This document shows, piece by piece, positions 31,871 to 41,736 of a stretch of 60,720 nucleotides of DNA. The stretch spans positions 1 to 60,720 of the forward strand of contig JBECKS010000211.1 of NCBI GenBank assembly GCA_040235395.1, given 5' to 3'. How positions within the stretch are numbered: the stretch's first letter is position 1; each line of letters opens with the position of its first letter. The notes under the pieces were generated by a model, which saw only the letters and a list, made by a program, of their open reading frames with translations, was not told where the DNA came from and made no database searches. The DNA is from Pseudomonadales bacterium. Its GTDB lineage: Bacteria; Pseudomonadota; Gammaproteobacteria; Pseudomonadales; JBECKS01. Made by a program: the position numbers and the translations under genes.

Positions 31871-32437
31871 TTACTCGCCTTGATTTTCAGACTGCGTATT
31901 CGATGCTTCAAGTTGCTTATCAAGATAAGCATCCAGATACAAAGCCAGTCTTGCTGTCTTCCTGACTGCATTCACAGACAAAGTGGCGCCCGTAATATTG
32001 TCGATATTTTTATCAAGCGCCATCTTGTCATCAAAACCGATATTCTCTAATTGTTGTGTGAAACTCTCGTAATGAATTTCATAACCCCGACTTTCCCTGA
32101 AAACCAGAACATCCATGTGACTGATTCTTCCGTTTTCGATGATAAATCCCAGTGTAATGGGTTTATCTCGCCCAACTTTCTCAAGAATCCACGCGCGTTT
32201 CCCTTCCTGCTGCCAGTATCGTAAACGTGCCGTGGAAAGCACTTCCTGCAAATCATTGTTCAGTTTTTCACGTAGGTCCTGGTCAAGCCACAAAAAAGCC
32301 GCATCAGGCTTTGTCTGGAAATATTTCCCAAGAAATTTATCCTGAGTAAGGTAAACCTCAGCGTGAAGCCCCGGGCTGCAAAATAGCAAGATCAGGAAAA
32401 CTGTCAGTAAATTTCGTTTCAAGATAAAACCTTTCAT
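31871..32437 (-). CDS. Exported FMN-binding-domain protein with ApbE-type flavinylation motif
   Basis: Signal peptide LLTVFLILLFCSPGLHA. FMN_bind domain ending in DNITGATLSVNAV, which fits the Dxx(S/T)GAT motif (plus-strand 31982-32002). I use the ATG at 32437 because the track start at 32446 is a TTG. Confidence 0.75.
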   Translation of the reverse strand: MKGFILKRNLLTVFLILLFCSPGLHAEVYLTQDKFLGKYFQTKPDAAFLWLDQDLREKLNNDLQEVLSTARLRYWQQEGKRAWILEKVGRDKPITLGFIIENGRISHMDVLVFRESRGYEIHYESFTQQLENIGFDDKMALDKNIDNITGATLSVNAVRKTARLALYLDAYLDKQLEASNTQSENQGE

Positions 32438-32575
32438 ATAAAACAAAGAAAAAGCCTAAGCGAATCATAGCATGAAGCCTGTTCGCTTAAGCTTTTCTGA
32501 ATGAAGTATGCCTAATTTCTATTGATTTTTACCTGCTTACTTCATGAGCTACATCATGAATATTGTTGATGCTGA

Positions 32576-33733
32576 CTAAAAACTCCAGCCTAGCCCAAGG
32601 TTGACACCATTCAATTCTGAATCATCCGAATTATTGGTTTGCATCTGATAATCGGCTTTCACAACAACACGTTCATCTAACCAGTAATTCACACCCACAT
32701 CGACCTGATCATAAGCGCTTTCGATACTGTCATCTGCTGCATTATCCCATTCGCTGTAACGCGTGAACACACCCAGATCGCTTCGCAGTTTGTAGGAAAG
32801 TTCAGCCAGCAAGCCTTCCTGCATACTGGAACCAGCTACGCCATCAAAATAACCTTCGTACTTATCATCAATGGACCACTGTGCATAGACTACTTTGGTT
32901 GTCAGGCGATCTAATTGCCATACCAGATTCGCGTTTACCAAATCTGCCGACACACCTAGCTCGTTTCCACCACTCAGATCACTTTGATGTTGCAAACTCA
33001 GTGCAAGCTCCACACCCTTCACAGGTTTGGCTTTTACACGCACAGTAAATGCTGGTTCATTACCATCGGCTTTCGCAGATTTCTGACGACCCTCACGAAT
33101 GGATGTCGAAGTCAGACCATTCGTGCCATCCAAATACACTGCCTTTAGGGATGAATGCACTGCCACATCATAAGAAAAATGCTCTAAATCATTTGAATAC
33201 ATCACGCCTGTTTCCCACCAGGTGGCCGGAATAATCTTGCCTTCAACGTTGTTACGCTCAACACCATAGAAGGTATCTGGCTCATGGCTTTCGTTCATAA
33301 GACCCACAGGAATTAAAAACTGCCCCATGGTCAAACGGGAACCGTTCTCGAAGGTTTTCTCAATAAAAGCCTGCTCAAGCTCTACCTCACCCTCACCATC
33401 TTCGCCAACAAAACCATGCTCAACTTCTAGCTCAGTAAAGAGTTTTAAATCTTCGCTATATTCATGATTAATGAATAACACGAAACGATGGGCATCAATC
33501 ATGTCCTTATCGTTGCCATCCAGGTTATTGAGATGATGCTCGCCATAACCACCTATAGTGGTGCTTGAGCTTTTTGTTTCTGTAGCTTTTTCATCCAGAA
33601 CCGCTGCAAGTGATTCAACCTGCAGTTTCAACTGATTAATCTCCTGCTGCATGGAAGCAGTGTCATCTGCAAAAAGAGCTTGTGTAAACATAATCAGGCT
33701 ACAGGCAAACAGGCCTGAAAGGTGCTTTTTCAT
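32576..33733 (-). CDS. Outer-membrane porin with N-terminal coiled-coil segment
   Basis: Signal peptide MKKHLSGLFACSLIMFTQALFA, a coiled segment (MQQEINQLKLQVESL), then alternating beta-strand pattern ending in NLGLGWSF with a terminal Phe. ATG 33733 has a GGAG Shine-Dalgarno 6 nt upstream. The track's 33748 start is a TTG. Confidence 0.7.
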   Translation of the reverse strand: MKKHLSGLFACSLIMFTQALFADDTASMQQEINQLKLQVESLAAVLDEKATETKSSSTTIGGYGEHHLNNLDGNDKDMIDAHRFVLFINHEYSEDLKLFTELEVEHGFVGEDGEGEVELEQAFIEKTFENGSRLTMGQFLIPVGLMNESHEPDTFYGVERNNVEGKIIPATWWETGVMYSNDLEHFSYDVAVHSSLKAVYLDGTNGLTSTSIREGRQKSAKADGNEPAFTVRVKAKPVKGVELALSLQHQSDLSGGNELGVSADLVNANLVWQLDRLTTKVVYAQWSIDDKYEGYFDGVAGSSMQEGLLAELSYKLRSDLGVFTRYSEWDNAADDSIESAYDQVDVGVNYWLDERVVVKADYQMQTNNSDDSELNGVNLGLGWSF

Positions 33734-33839
33734 AAGGAACTCCGTCAAAAAGTAATTAAATACAAAGACAAGGCGGCAGCCATGCCCTATTGGCGGAGGA
33801 CTATAGAGGAAGTTAAATCTAAATGCAAATCATTATCAT

Positions 33840-36716
33840 TTAGAACATGTAGCTTCGAATCAGCTCATTCAGTTTTTTGGCATCAAGCGGTTTGTCGATA
33901 CAGTTATCCATACCTGCTGCCAGACAGATATCACGCTGGTCATCCAGAAGATGAGCTGTTAAGGCAATGATCACCAAGGGTAGCATCTGGTTCTTGCGTT
34001 CCCACTGCCTGATTCTTCTGGTTGCTTCATAACCGTCCATAACAGGCATTTCACAGTCCATAAGAATCAGGTCAAAGCTTCGGTCATCAGCCTGAACCTT
34101 TTCAAAAGCTTCCTGACCGTTAGAAAGAATTTCAACGCTGTGGCCGAGTTTCTGAAGGATGCCCTTAATCACCATCTGGTTAACGTCATCATCCTCGACA
34201 AGCAGTATTCGAAGACTTTCAGCCTTTTTCCTACCTGTTGAAGACACCGATGAATCAGACTCATCCAAATCGTTATGAATAGCACTCTGGAAAGCATCAT
34301 AAAGACCGCTTGCAGCGCAGGGCTTCTCAACAGCAATGGAAATACCAGCCTCTAGCAACTGGCTACGTGTGGGCAGGTTCGCAATAGAGGTTAATAACAC
34401 TCTCGGAATCTTCCTAAAGGATTCATGCTCACTCATCTGCCTCCCTAATTCCAGGCCGTCCATCACTGGCATATAAAGGTCGATGGAAACCAGATCAAAG
34501 CTAACATTGGCTTTTTCACTCTGGAATAGCATGTTCATCGCCTGCTCGCCATTGTGAGCGATGTAAGCTTCCATTCCCCACTTCTCAACCTGAATTTTCA
34601 AAAGCTCACAGAAAGTAAAATTATCATCGACAATCAGAATGCGGGTGCCTTTCAATTCCTGATGACTGACATCGTGCTTATGCAGGAATTTTCCTTCGCA
34701 GGCAGGAAGATTTATCTTGAACCAGAAAGTTGAACCCAAACCTTTGCGACTACTAAAACCGATTGAGCCGCCCATGAGTTCAATCAGCTGTTTGCAAATG
34801 GTTAAACCAAGACCGACACCACCACTCTTTCTTGAAATGGCCGTTCCTTTTTTGTCTTCCTGTGAAAAGGCATCGAAGAGAACGCGCTGATAGTCCTCAT
34901 CAATGCCAACACCAGAATCAATCACACTGATTTTTGTTAAACCCGTTTTCTCATCAAGCAATAACACTTTAATAATCACCTGACCTTCTGGAGTAAATTT
35001 GACTGCATTGCTAAGAAGGTTAGACATGACCTGCTTAACTCGCTGCGGATCACCTTTCACCATGACTGGTACATTCGAATCAATATCTGCAATTAATTCC
35101 AGGGATTTTTCCAAAGCCCTTACCTTGTAGAATTCAATGGTTTCAAGCACCAGTTTTTCAAGATCAAAGGCGACTGGACGTATCTCCATATTGCCTGCTT
35201 CAATTTTGGAATAATCAAGAATGTCATTAATGATAGTGAGTAGCGCCTGCCCACTTTGATAAATGACATTGTTGTAATGCTTGTTAGTGGCATCTTCCAG
35301 TCGCTCAGCCAATAATTCCGACATACCTAAAATGCCTGTCATGGGCGTTCTGATTTCATGACTCATTTTTGCAATGAAATCACTTTTTGCTTTGTTGTCA
35401 GCCTTCGCTTGGTAGGTTTCTTCCTGCAACACACGAATGCGCGCACCCAAGGCCATGGAAATTAAAATTACTTCAAACATAAAACCGACTTGGGTCGCGT
35501 AAAAATGCTCCCTTCCAAAATCACTGACCCCAAGAAATGCAAGCGACGCATAAATCACTGTACAGCTAAAGACTGTCCAGGCAACCACGTAGTAAGCGGC
35601 AAAGAGTGAAGATTGCTTACGCCATGAATACACACCAACAATAATAAAACTCAGGAAACTTGTGGTAGTAATCCATGCTTGAGACTTTGCCACCAATTCA
35701 AAATTCTGCCCGAACAATGGCAAGAGAAACAGGGCGCACAAAATTGCCAAACCATAAAAATACCAAACCAGATAGTCAGAAATTTTCTTTAATTCAAGAA
35801 ATTCCACAATAAATAAACATGAAAAAATCACCACCATGCCTATTGGTGCCAAACCTAGATATTGATCAATATCAGGTGTGTTAGGCCATAAAAACTCAAA
35901 GCCAATACCATTGATGCATGTGAAATATAATCCCGTTGAAACGACATAACTCACATAATAGAAGTAAGCGATATCACGTGTTGTCAGGAATACAAAGAAA
36001 TTATAAAGAGCCAAAACACAGATAAGCCCAGTGAAAGCTCCAAACAGGAAAATAAGATTCTGAGCACTCCTATCCATGCTTTCCTGATCTTCAAGATAGA
36101 TTGGCAAAAGCATATGATTTCGATGATCTATTCTGAAATAGACATCAACCACATCCTTTGAAGATACTTTAAAAGGAAATACAAGCTCAGGATGACGATA
36201 GGGTTTTTCATAAAAACTTTTCATATCAGAAAGATGATATTTTTCAGAAAGCTCTCCATTTACTAAAAAATAAACATCAATATTTCTTACAAATGAATTA
36301 GAAATATTCAGATACCAGCTTTCATTTTCAATTTCCCCAAAAGGAATCAGGATATGCATCCACACAGGATGTTTAAGAAAACCGATATTAACAATGCCGC
36401 TCTTGTTTTGTTGCCATTGATTTGCAGGAAGCTTGCGAACCCTTTCGAATGAGACCTTGTCATTTACATCAAGAAAATAATCTACGCGAGCTCCTAGATT
36501 GACCCCACCATTTTCTATCTCAATGGTATCTCTAGTGAGATTCAATTCCATGGCAACAAGAAAATTACTGAGTAAAAAAGAAGAAATAAGCGTAAACAAA
36601 ACAAAAGAAACAAAAAAATTTCTTTTTGTGATTATCATTGAAGAACTGTTATTTTTTTTAAAAAACAGTGTTAAGTTTTTACTAGATGAGGCCATGCAAA
36701 TCCTTTTGAGATTCAT
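33840..36716 (-). CDS. Hybrid sensor histidine kinase: 7TMR-DISM sensor, HisKA, HATPase, and two receiver domains
   Basis: An N-terminal extracytoplasmic domain is followed by about 7 TM helices. H-box SHEIRTPM. G-boxes DSGVGI and [13 protein letters not shown]. Two REC domains (ILIVDDN...DLYMPVMDG and ILLVEDD...DCEMPVMDG). No Hpt domain. The exact start is uncertain. Confidence 0.85.
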   Translation of the reverse strand: MNLKRICMASSSKNLTLFFKKNNSSSMIITKRNFFVSFVLFTLISSFLLSNFLVAMELNLTRDTIEIENGGVNLGARVDYFLDVNDKVSFERVRKLPANQWQQNKSGIVNIGFLKHPVWMHILIPFGEIENESWYLNISNSFVRNIDVYFLVNGELSEKYHLSDMKSFYEKPYRHPELVFPFKVSSKDVVDVYFRIDHRNHMLLPIYLEDQESMDRSAQNLIFLFGAFTGLICVLALYNFFVFLTTRDIAYFYYVSYVVSTGLYFTCINGIGFEFLWPNTPDIDQYLGLAPIGMVVIFSCLFIVEFLELKKISDYLVWYFYGLAILCALFLLPLFGQNFELVAKSQAWITTTSFLSFIIVGVYSWRKQSSLFAAYYVVAWTVFSCTVIYASLAFLGVSDFGREHFYATQVGFMFEVILISMALGARIRVLQEETYQAKADNKAKSDFIAKMSHEIRTPMTGILGMSELLAERLEDATNKHYNNVIYQSGQALLTIINDILDYSKIEAGNMEIRPVAFDLEKLVLETIEFYKVRALEKSLELIADIDSNVPVMVKGDPQRVKQVMSNLLSNAVKFTPEGQVIIKVLLLDEKTGLTKISVIDSGVGIDEDYQRVLFDAFSQEDKKGTAISRKSGGVGLGLTICKQLIELMGGSIGFSSRKGLGSTFWFKINLPACEGKFLHKHDVSHQELKGTRILIVDDNFTFCELLKIQVEKWGMEAYIAHNGEQAMNMLFQSEKANVSFDLVSIDLYMPVMDGLELGRQMSEHESFRKIPRVLLTSIANLPTRSQLLEAGISIAVEKPCAASGLYDAFQSAIHNDLDESDSSVSSTGRKKAESLRILLVEDDDVNQMVIKGILQKLGHSVEILSNGQEAFEKVQADDRSFDLILMDCEMPVMDGYEATRRIRQWERKNQMLPLVIIALTAHLLDDQRDICLAAGMDNCIDKPLDAKKLNELIRSYMF

Positions 36717-36900
36717 AAAAAGTTGCTTGTTTCGCTTAAAGGTAAAAGCAAATAAAAAAACATCAAAGCAAGCCGATTTTCCTTTGTAAGAAAAAGCTTA
36801 CTTCGAATGGGATTTTTATTCTGATTTAAGGACTAAATTAACGCTAGGCACTTTTATAGGCAAGTCTTTAGTGAGGCTTATTTTCTTTTTCTTCCTCAAG

Positions 36901-37617
36901 TTACAACTCAATCCAAGGCGCCTGCCTGCCTGCTGCCATGACCGAAATAATCACGCCACTTGCTATATCAGCACCAGGAATTTTCTGTGACAGGCTAAGG
37001 GGAAATTTCGGTTTAGGCCCAAGGTCAGAGCCGGTGGTATAAAATAGTACGCTTTTCTCTTTTTCCTCTGTTTGCCGCCACTCTATGGCGCCCAAGACCG
37101 TTTCTATTTCACCTTCTATCGCCTCAAAACCCAAACGACTTTCAGACTCCCACGTGTAACGCATCAGGTATTCAACACTGAAAGAGGAAATGAATTTAAC
37201 TCGTTTTCCCAAGCTCAAGGTTAGTAACACGTCTGCCGAAGGAATCTCTTTTAAAGGTACTGAAAAATCAGGGACTTCCAGAGTGCCGGCAACAAGATCT
37301 GAAGACTGCAATTGAGGTACATAATCTGCGTAGTGATTCATTTGTGCAGAAAAATGTCTTACATCCTTGAAAGATGCAGCCACCAGATAGGCTGCTGTCA
37401 CGAAATGTAATGGATAGCCTCCGTAATCGGTATCAATGCGTTGCGTAGGATGCATGAACACAACGGCACCATTCTCAAGAAGCTTCTCAAGCGGTTTTAA
37501 GGGTAAGGAATCAACGAAAACAGGCACTTCTCCTTTCGTTAAATGGGCCTCAGCTTTTTCATTTTTGTTTAATATCTTCATGACCGTGTGCTTGAAGTTA
37601 TACATATTCATCGCCAC
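36901..37617 (-). CDS. Hypothetical protein, distal paralogous half of a frame interrupted by TAA (possible pseudogene fragment)
   Basis: GTG 37617 or ATG 37611. No signal peptide and no clear Shine-Dalgarno. It is in the same frame as 37681-38490, and the 63 nt in between are also open. Confidence 0.5.
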   Translation of the reverse strand: MAMNMYNFKHTVMKILNKNEKAEAHLTKGEVPVFVDSLPLKPLEKLLENGAVVFMHPTQRIDTDYGGYPLHFVTAAYLVAASFKDVRHFSAQMNHYADYVPQLQSSDLVAGTLEVPDFSVPLKEIPSADVLLTLSLGKRVKFISSFSVEYLMRYTWESESRLGFEAIEGEIETVLGAIEWRQTEEKEKSVLFYTTGSDLGPKPKFPLSLSQKIPGADIASGVIISVMAAGRQAPWIEL

Positions 37618-37680
37618 ACCGGGATAGGGCCCAACCAGATCTTCGTCACTGATGCCACCAAGATTAGAGCCTTCATCATA

Positions 37681-38490
37681 TTAACTCATATGACGGCTCA
37701 AATCCGTATCATTCATCACCTCTGCCCAATCGGTCACCGCCACTAGAGAGCGGTTTTTATCGACAGGAATAAACTCCCAGCGCCTGACATTAGCCATACT
37801 TAAAGGAGAAAGAACGGCTTTTGGTACAATCGGCACAACGCCCAGACTGACGCCCATATCCCCATAAAGAAACAAGGAAGAAATATCGCCATTGGGCTCA
37901 TAACGGTTTCTGGCATAGAGATCGCCATTAATACGGATAATCGAAATCTTTCCCTGAATTCTGTATCGCAGTCCTATCTGATCCTGACTATCTCGATAGA
38001 GCACATTGGTTTCACGCACCATTGGTTCAACTTTTTTCCAACCATCCTTCTGATCATTTTCAATAATCAATTTCCTGAGCTCATCCGCAGATACAGGTAT
38101 TTCTGTTAAGGCAGTAACAAAACGAGCGTTATGCCACCTAATCATCTTTCCATAATAGGGAACATCAATGGTTTTTGGCTGGTGCATCATTAATACAATA
38201 CGATTGCCAACAAGAGAACGCAGCTCATCAATACCCAAACCTAAATCATGTATTCCTGGTGCCGGATTACGCCAGGCCAGTTCGTTAAGGTCTATATTGT
38301 AATCTTCAGTGCGGGAATTGTTTTTACTGAAAGTATTCAGCTCTTCCTGATACGCCGACAGTGGGTATGTCTGTGGCACATCTGTTTTTACCTCTTCAGC
38401 ATGAAGTGAAAAGGACATTGCACAAAGAAGAACAAAACCAAACGCCATGAATTGCACATGAATTCGCTTTCGCTGAAACAAAAGATGCAT
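37681..38490 (-). CDS. Hypothetical exported protein, proximal half of the interrupted frame
   Basis: Signal peptide FMAFGFVLLCAMSFSLHA. 269 aa, with no motif I can assign. Confidence 0.6.
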   Translation of the reverse strand: MHLLFQRKRIHVQFMAFGFVLLCAMSFSLHAEEVKTDVPQTYPLSAYQEELNTFSKNNSRTEDYNIDLNELAWRNPAPGIHDLGLGIDELRSLVGNRIVLMMHQPKTIDVPYYGKMIRWHNARFVTALTEIPVSADELRKLIIENDQKDGWKKVEPMVRETNVLYRDSQDQIGLRYRIQGKISIIRINGDLYARNRYEPNGDISSLFLYGDMGVSLGVVPIVPKAVLSPLSMANVRRWEFIPVDKNRSLVAVTDWAEVMNDTDLSRHMS

Positions 38491-38628
38491 TCAACTCTCC
38501 TTTTTGTTTATGATTGATATTCGTTGCATTGAGCTTGTTTTTACAGCATCAGCGACGAATACTCCTGAAAATACAGAAACAGAAGATTAGCTGTATTTTT
38601 CAGGAAAAACACATGAAAGATTTCAATT

Positions 38629-39885
38629 ATGTTTAAAAAAGTCCTGATAGTCCTTTGTATTCTAGTATTGCTTGGTGCAGGCAGCTTTACCGTAGTCTTG
38701 TACCGCATGGGTATCAACCCTGCTCTCTGGTTTAGCATGCCTTCAAGCTCTTCTTTTACGCAAGCTGATAATAAAAACAACATCACAATCAGCCTTGAAG
38801 AAGTAATGTCAGGATTCAGTCAGGTCACTGATTTCAGTTTCTTCCCTGGTAGTGATACTCAGCTGCTCTTACTTCAGAAAACCGGTGAGCTTTTTCAGCT
38901 TGATCTCAACAGAAAAGAAAAATACTTAATCATGAAGCTTGACGTGCTTACCGATGCTGAACAGGGTTTGCTAGGCGTCGCCATACATCCAGATTACCCA
39001 AAAATTCCGTGTATTTATCTCAACTTTGTCGTACTGAAAAATAACAACGATACTAGCCAGGTAAGCGAATGGTGTTTCTCCATGGAAGGTGAAGAACAAC
39101 GTTGGTTCCAGAACAAGATACTTCTCGAAGTAGAACAGCCTTTCAAGAATCACAACGCCGGTCATTTGATTTTTGATAAGGCCGGTTTGCTTTACATTCC
39201 CTGGGGCGACGGCGGAAGCCGGGAAGATCCTCATGGAAATGCACAAAATCTTCAAAGCTATCTCGGAAAAATCCTACGCATTAATCCCGAGGCCTATAAC
39301 AATGAACTTGCCTACTCGATTCCAGAAGACAATCCCTTTGTAAACATTCCTGATATCCCTGATGAAATTTATGCTTATGGTTTACGTAATCCATGGAAAC
39401 TTGCATTTGATCCCTTAGGACGCTTAATCGCAGCAGATGTTGGACAAGATAAATGGGAAGAAATTACCTTTATCAAAGCAGGTGGAAATCATGGCTGGAA
39501 TGACATTGAAGCACTTCACTGCATGAAACCTGCTTGCAGCTCAAAAGACACAGTGATGCCTTTTATTGAATATGGGCATGATGTTGGTCGTTCAGTGACA
39601 GGCGGTTATGTCTACCTTTCTTCTGAAATCCCTGAACTGACTAACAAGTATATCTATGCAGATTTTGTGAGCGGCCAAATCTGGGCAGCAGAACTTCCTT
39701 CAGATAATCTTGTGATTCCTATTAATTCAAGTGACCAAGCCAGAAGCTATACCCATGTATATCAACTCGGGCAATGGCCCGTTCTGATTTCAAGCTTTGC
39801 CAGAGATAGAAGTGGCAAAATATATCTTGCTGATTTTGCACGAGGAACAATTTACAAAATCAGCAACCCGGAAAACAACCAGTAA
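38629..39885 (+). CDS. PQQ-dependent sugar (glucose/sorbosone) dehydrogenase-family beta-propeller
   Basis: N-terminal TM/signal segment. GLLGVAIHPDY, HNAGHLIFDKAGLLYI, YAYGLRNPWKLAFD, ADVGQDKWEEI and GGNHGWN match the sGDH family. Confidence 0.8.
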   Translation: MFKKVLIVLCILVLLGAGSFTVVLYRMGINPALWFSMPSSSSFTQADNKNNITISLEEVMSGFSQVTDFSFFPGSDTQLLLLQKTGELFQLDLNRKEKYLIMKLDVLTDAEQGLLGVAIHPDYPKIPCIYLNFVVLKNNNDTSQVSEWCFSMEGEEQRWFQNKILLEVEQPFKNHNAGHLIFDKAGLLYIPWGDGGSREDPHGNAQNLQSYLGKILRINPEAYNNELAYSIPEDNPFVNIPDIPDEIYAYGLRNPWKLAFDPLGRLIAADVGQDKWEEITFIKAGGNHGWNDIEALHCMKPACSSKDTVMPFIEYGHDVGRSVTGGYVYLSSEIPELTNKYIYADFVSGQIWAAELPSDNLVIPINSSDQARSYTHVYQLGQWPVLISSFARDRSGKIYLADFARGTIYKISNPENNQ

Positions 39886-39902
39886 AAATTTGAGGATCAT
39901 GT

Positions 39903-41033
39903 ATGACAGTACGCAGCGTTTTTATTCTTTTATCGGTTTCATTTTTGGCTCTGAGTGCATGTGAGGAAAAACGTGAAAGCCAGATTCATCCATATATGGC
40001 AAAAACCCAACCACGATTTTATATGAATGGTCAGATTGAGCATCTAAAGAAAGATAACAAAGTAGTGGAGCGAATTATTCTTATTGGTGATGCGGGCAAT
40101 GTGAGCGAAGAACCCTTAACCCTCGATTTAATGAAAAATATTAGCAAGAGACTGAATTCCCTCGATACAAAAGAAACCATTGTTTTTCTCGGCGACAACA
40201 TTTATCCAACAGGTTTTCAGGGAGAAGACCTTAAATGCGGTAATGATTCTACTGATGCAAAAAACCTGGAAGCCCAACTTTATATCAGTAAGACCACACT
40301 AAACCCTTCCTATTTTATTCCCGGGAATCACGACTGGGATTATCATGGCAAACCGGATATAAAACTTATTGAAAAACAGAAACGTTATCTGGAAATATGT
40401 GGCAGGGAATCAAAACTTGTTCCCGTTCTGGATAACAAACCATCCCTTGTTTCTGTACTTGATGAAACTCGCTACACCATGGTTTTCATGGATAGTCATG
40501 CCATCATGACTTCATCCACTGAATTACAACAGCAGGCTTATAAAATGCTTGAGGCTGTTTTCACACTTGCTGATGCAACAAAGCCGGTCATCATCGTCAG
40601 TCATCACCCCCTTGCCACTCATGGTCCTCATGGTGGTTGTTACCAGCAGGATTACTTTGGTCATTCCATTATTAATTTCTTCCGCAAACATGGTTTTTCC
40701 TGGGGACAAGACATCAACGCCAAGGAATACGCAGCATTCATTTCGCATATGAATGCAATCATTCCGGAAAAAAATCGCGTCATCCTCGCCTCAGGTCATG
40801 ACCACGGGCTACAAGTGCTCAGCCTGGAAAAAGGGGCAGACTTCCAGATTGTGAGTGGTGGCGGTTCACATACTGACCCAGTATGTATAGGCGAAGATAC
40901 ATTGTTTGCTCAGGAAACCATGGGGCATGTGGAAATTGGATTTCGTGAACACGGAGAGATTACTGTTGAGGCTTTTGCTTACAGACCAGAATCAAAAGGT
41001 CTTGGTAAAGTCTATTTACAACGGATTTTCTAA
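39903..41033 (+). CDS. Metallophosphoesterase lipoprotein
   Basis: Lipobox FLALSAC. Motifs GDAGN, GDNIYP, GNHDWD, SHHP and GHDH. Confidence 0.8.
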   Translation: MTVRSVFILLSVSFLALSACEEKRESQIHPYMAKTQPRFYMNGQIEHLKKDNKVVERIILIGDAGNVSEEPLTLDLMKNISKRLNSLDTKETIVFLGDNIYPTGFQGEDLKCGNDSTDAKNLEAQLYISKTTLNPSYFIPGNHDWDYHGKPDIKLIEKQKRYLEICGRESKLVPVLDNKPSLVSVLDETRYTMVFMDSHAIMTSSTELQQQAYKMLEAVFTLADATKPVIIVSHHPLATHGPHGGCYQQDYFGHSIINFFRKHGFSWGQDINAKEYAAFISHMNAIIPEKNRVILASGHDHGLQVLSLEKGADFQIVSGGGSHTDPVCIGEDTLFAQETMGHVEIGFREHGEITVEAFAYRPESKGLGKVYLQRIF

Positions 41034-41049
41034 ACCCTCACGAATAAAC

Positions 41050-41077
41050 CTCCTAAACAAAAAAGCCTCTCTCGAGG
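41050..41077. terminator. Bidirectional rho-independent terminator
   Basis: aaaaaa-gcctc-tctc-gaggc-tttttt lies between convergent genes whose stops are at 41033 and 41092. Confidence 0.7.
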
Positions 41078-41091
41078 CTTTTTTCATATTC

Positions 41092-41658
41092 CTAATCTGT
41101 TTTTTCTGGCGAGCGTTTAAAAGTATCTACCAGCATCTTTATACCTTGCATGCTATAGACCTCACTAAAATTACTTTTTCCTTCTATCACTGGTGTTTTC
41201 ACTGCCTTGGCGTAATGCTCCTTTCTGATTTGCTCATCATTCATCGTGCCAAACACCTTGTCCCAGAAATGATTACTTACACCATGGTACATTCGCGCAT
41301 TACAGAAATGATGCGAAAGATGATGGGCTTTCAGTTTTTCCTCATAAGCATTCCTTGACTCCCTGAAATGAATACGCCAATGAACATGCTCGTAATAAAT
41401 AAAGCCACATAAAGTACCTGCCATAACATAGGCTGAAGCCTGTTTACCAATAAGCAGTGAAAACAACCACCAGAGAATAGGCACAATCACCAGTGGCGCA
41501 AGTGGAGAGGTGAACACCCGCCGAGGATCTCTATGATGTTGCCAATGCATGGTAGATACAGGGGTTTTAAAGCGGTGAGAAAGAATGCCGTGGATAAGGT
41601 ATTCAAGAAAAGACCACAAAAACAGACCTGAAATAAAACTGATTAGAAAAACAAACAT
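41092..41658 (-). CDS. Fatty acid hydroxylase / sterol desaturase-family membrane protein
   Basis: His boxes HGILSHRF, HWQHH, HVHWRIHF and HHLSHHF. ATG 41658 is preceded by GGGGTGA. The track's 41676 start is a TTG. Confidence 0.75.
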   Translation of the reverse strand: MFVFLISFISGLFLWSFLEYLIHGILSHRFKTPVSTMHWQHHRDPRRVFTSPLAPLVIVPILWWLFSLLIGKQASAYVMAGTLCGFIYYEHVHWRIHFRESRNAYEEKLKAHHLSHHFCNARMYHGVSNHFWDKVFGTMNDEQIRKEHYAKAVKTPVIEGKSNFSEVYSMQGIKMLVDTFKRSPEKTD

Positions 41659-41736
41659 GCTCACCCCAAAAAACAAAAACAGCGTTTAAGGTAGTCACAA
41701 GTCATCATCGAAACAAGGCTAAAAACTGACAAGGCA

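Noticed and set aside
37681-37683. The in-frame TAA as a recoding event (selenocysteine or pyrrolysine).
   Set aside because: Those systems use TGA or TAG, not TAA, and I see no SECIS-like hairpin immediately downstream. A nonsense mutation, a sequencing error or separate genes are more parsimonious explanations.
38541-38786. 81-aa minus-strand ORF between the exported hypothetical gene and the PQQ-type dehydrogenase gene.
   Set aside because: It overlaps the start and signal-peptide region of the well-supported plus-strand gene at 38629. It has no recognisable motif, and its sequence is low-complexity and AT-driven.
40906-41358. 150-aa plus-strand ORF spanning the end of the metallophosphoesterase gene, the terminator and the hydroxylase gene.
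   Set aside because: It reads through a strong bidirectional terminator. It is also antisense to a His-box hydroxylase gene with clear motifs.
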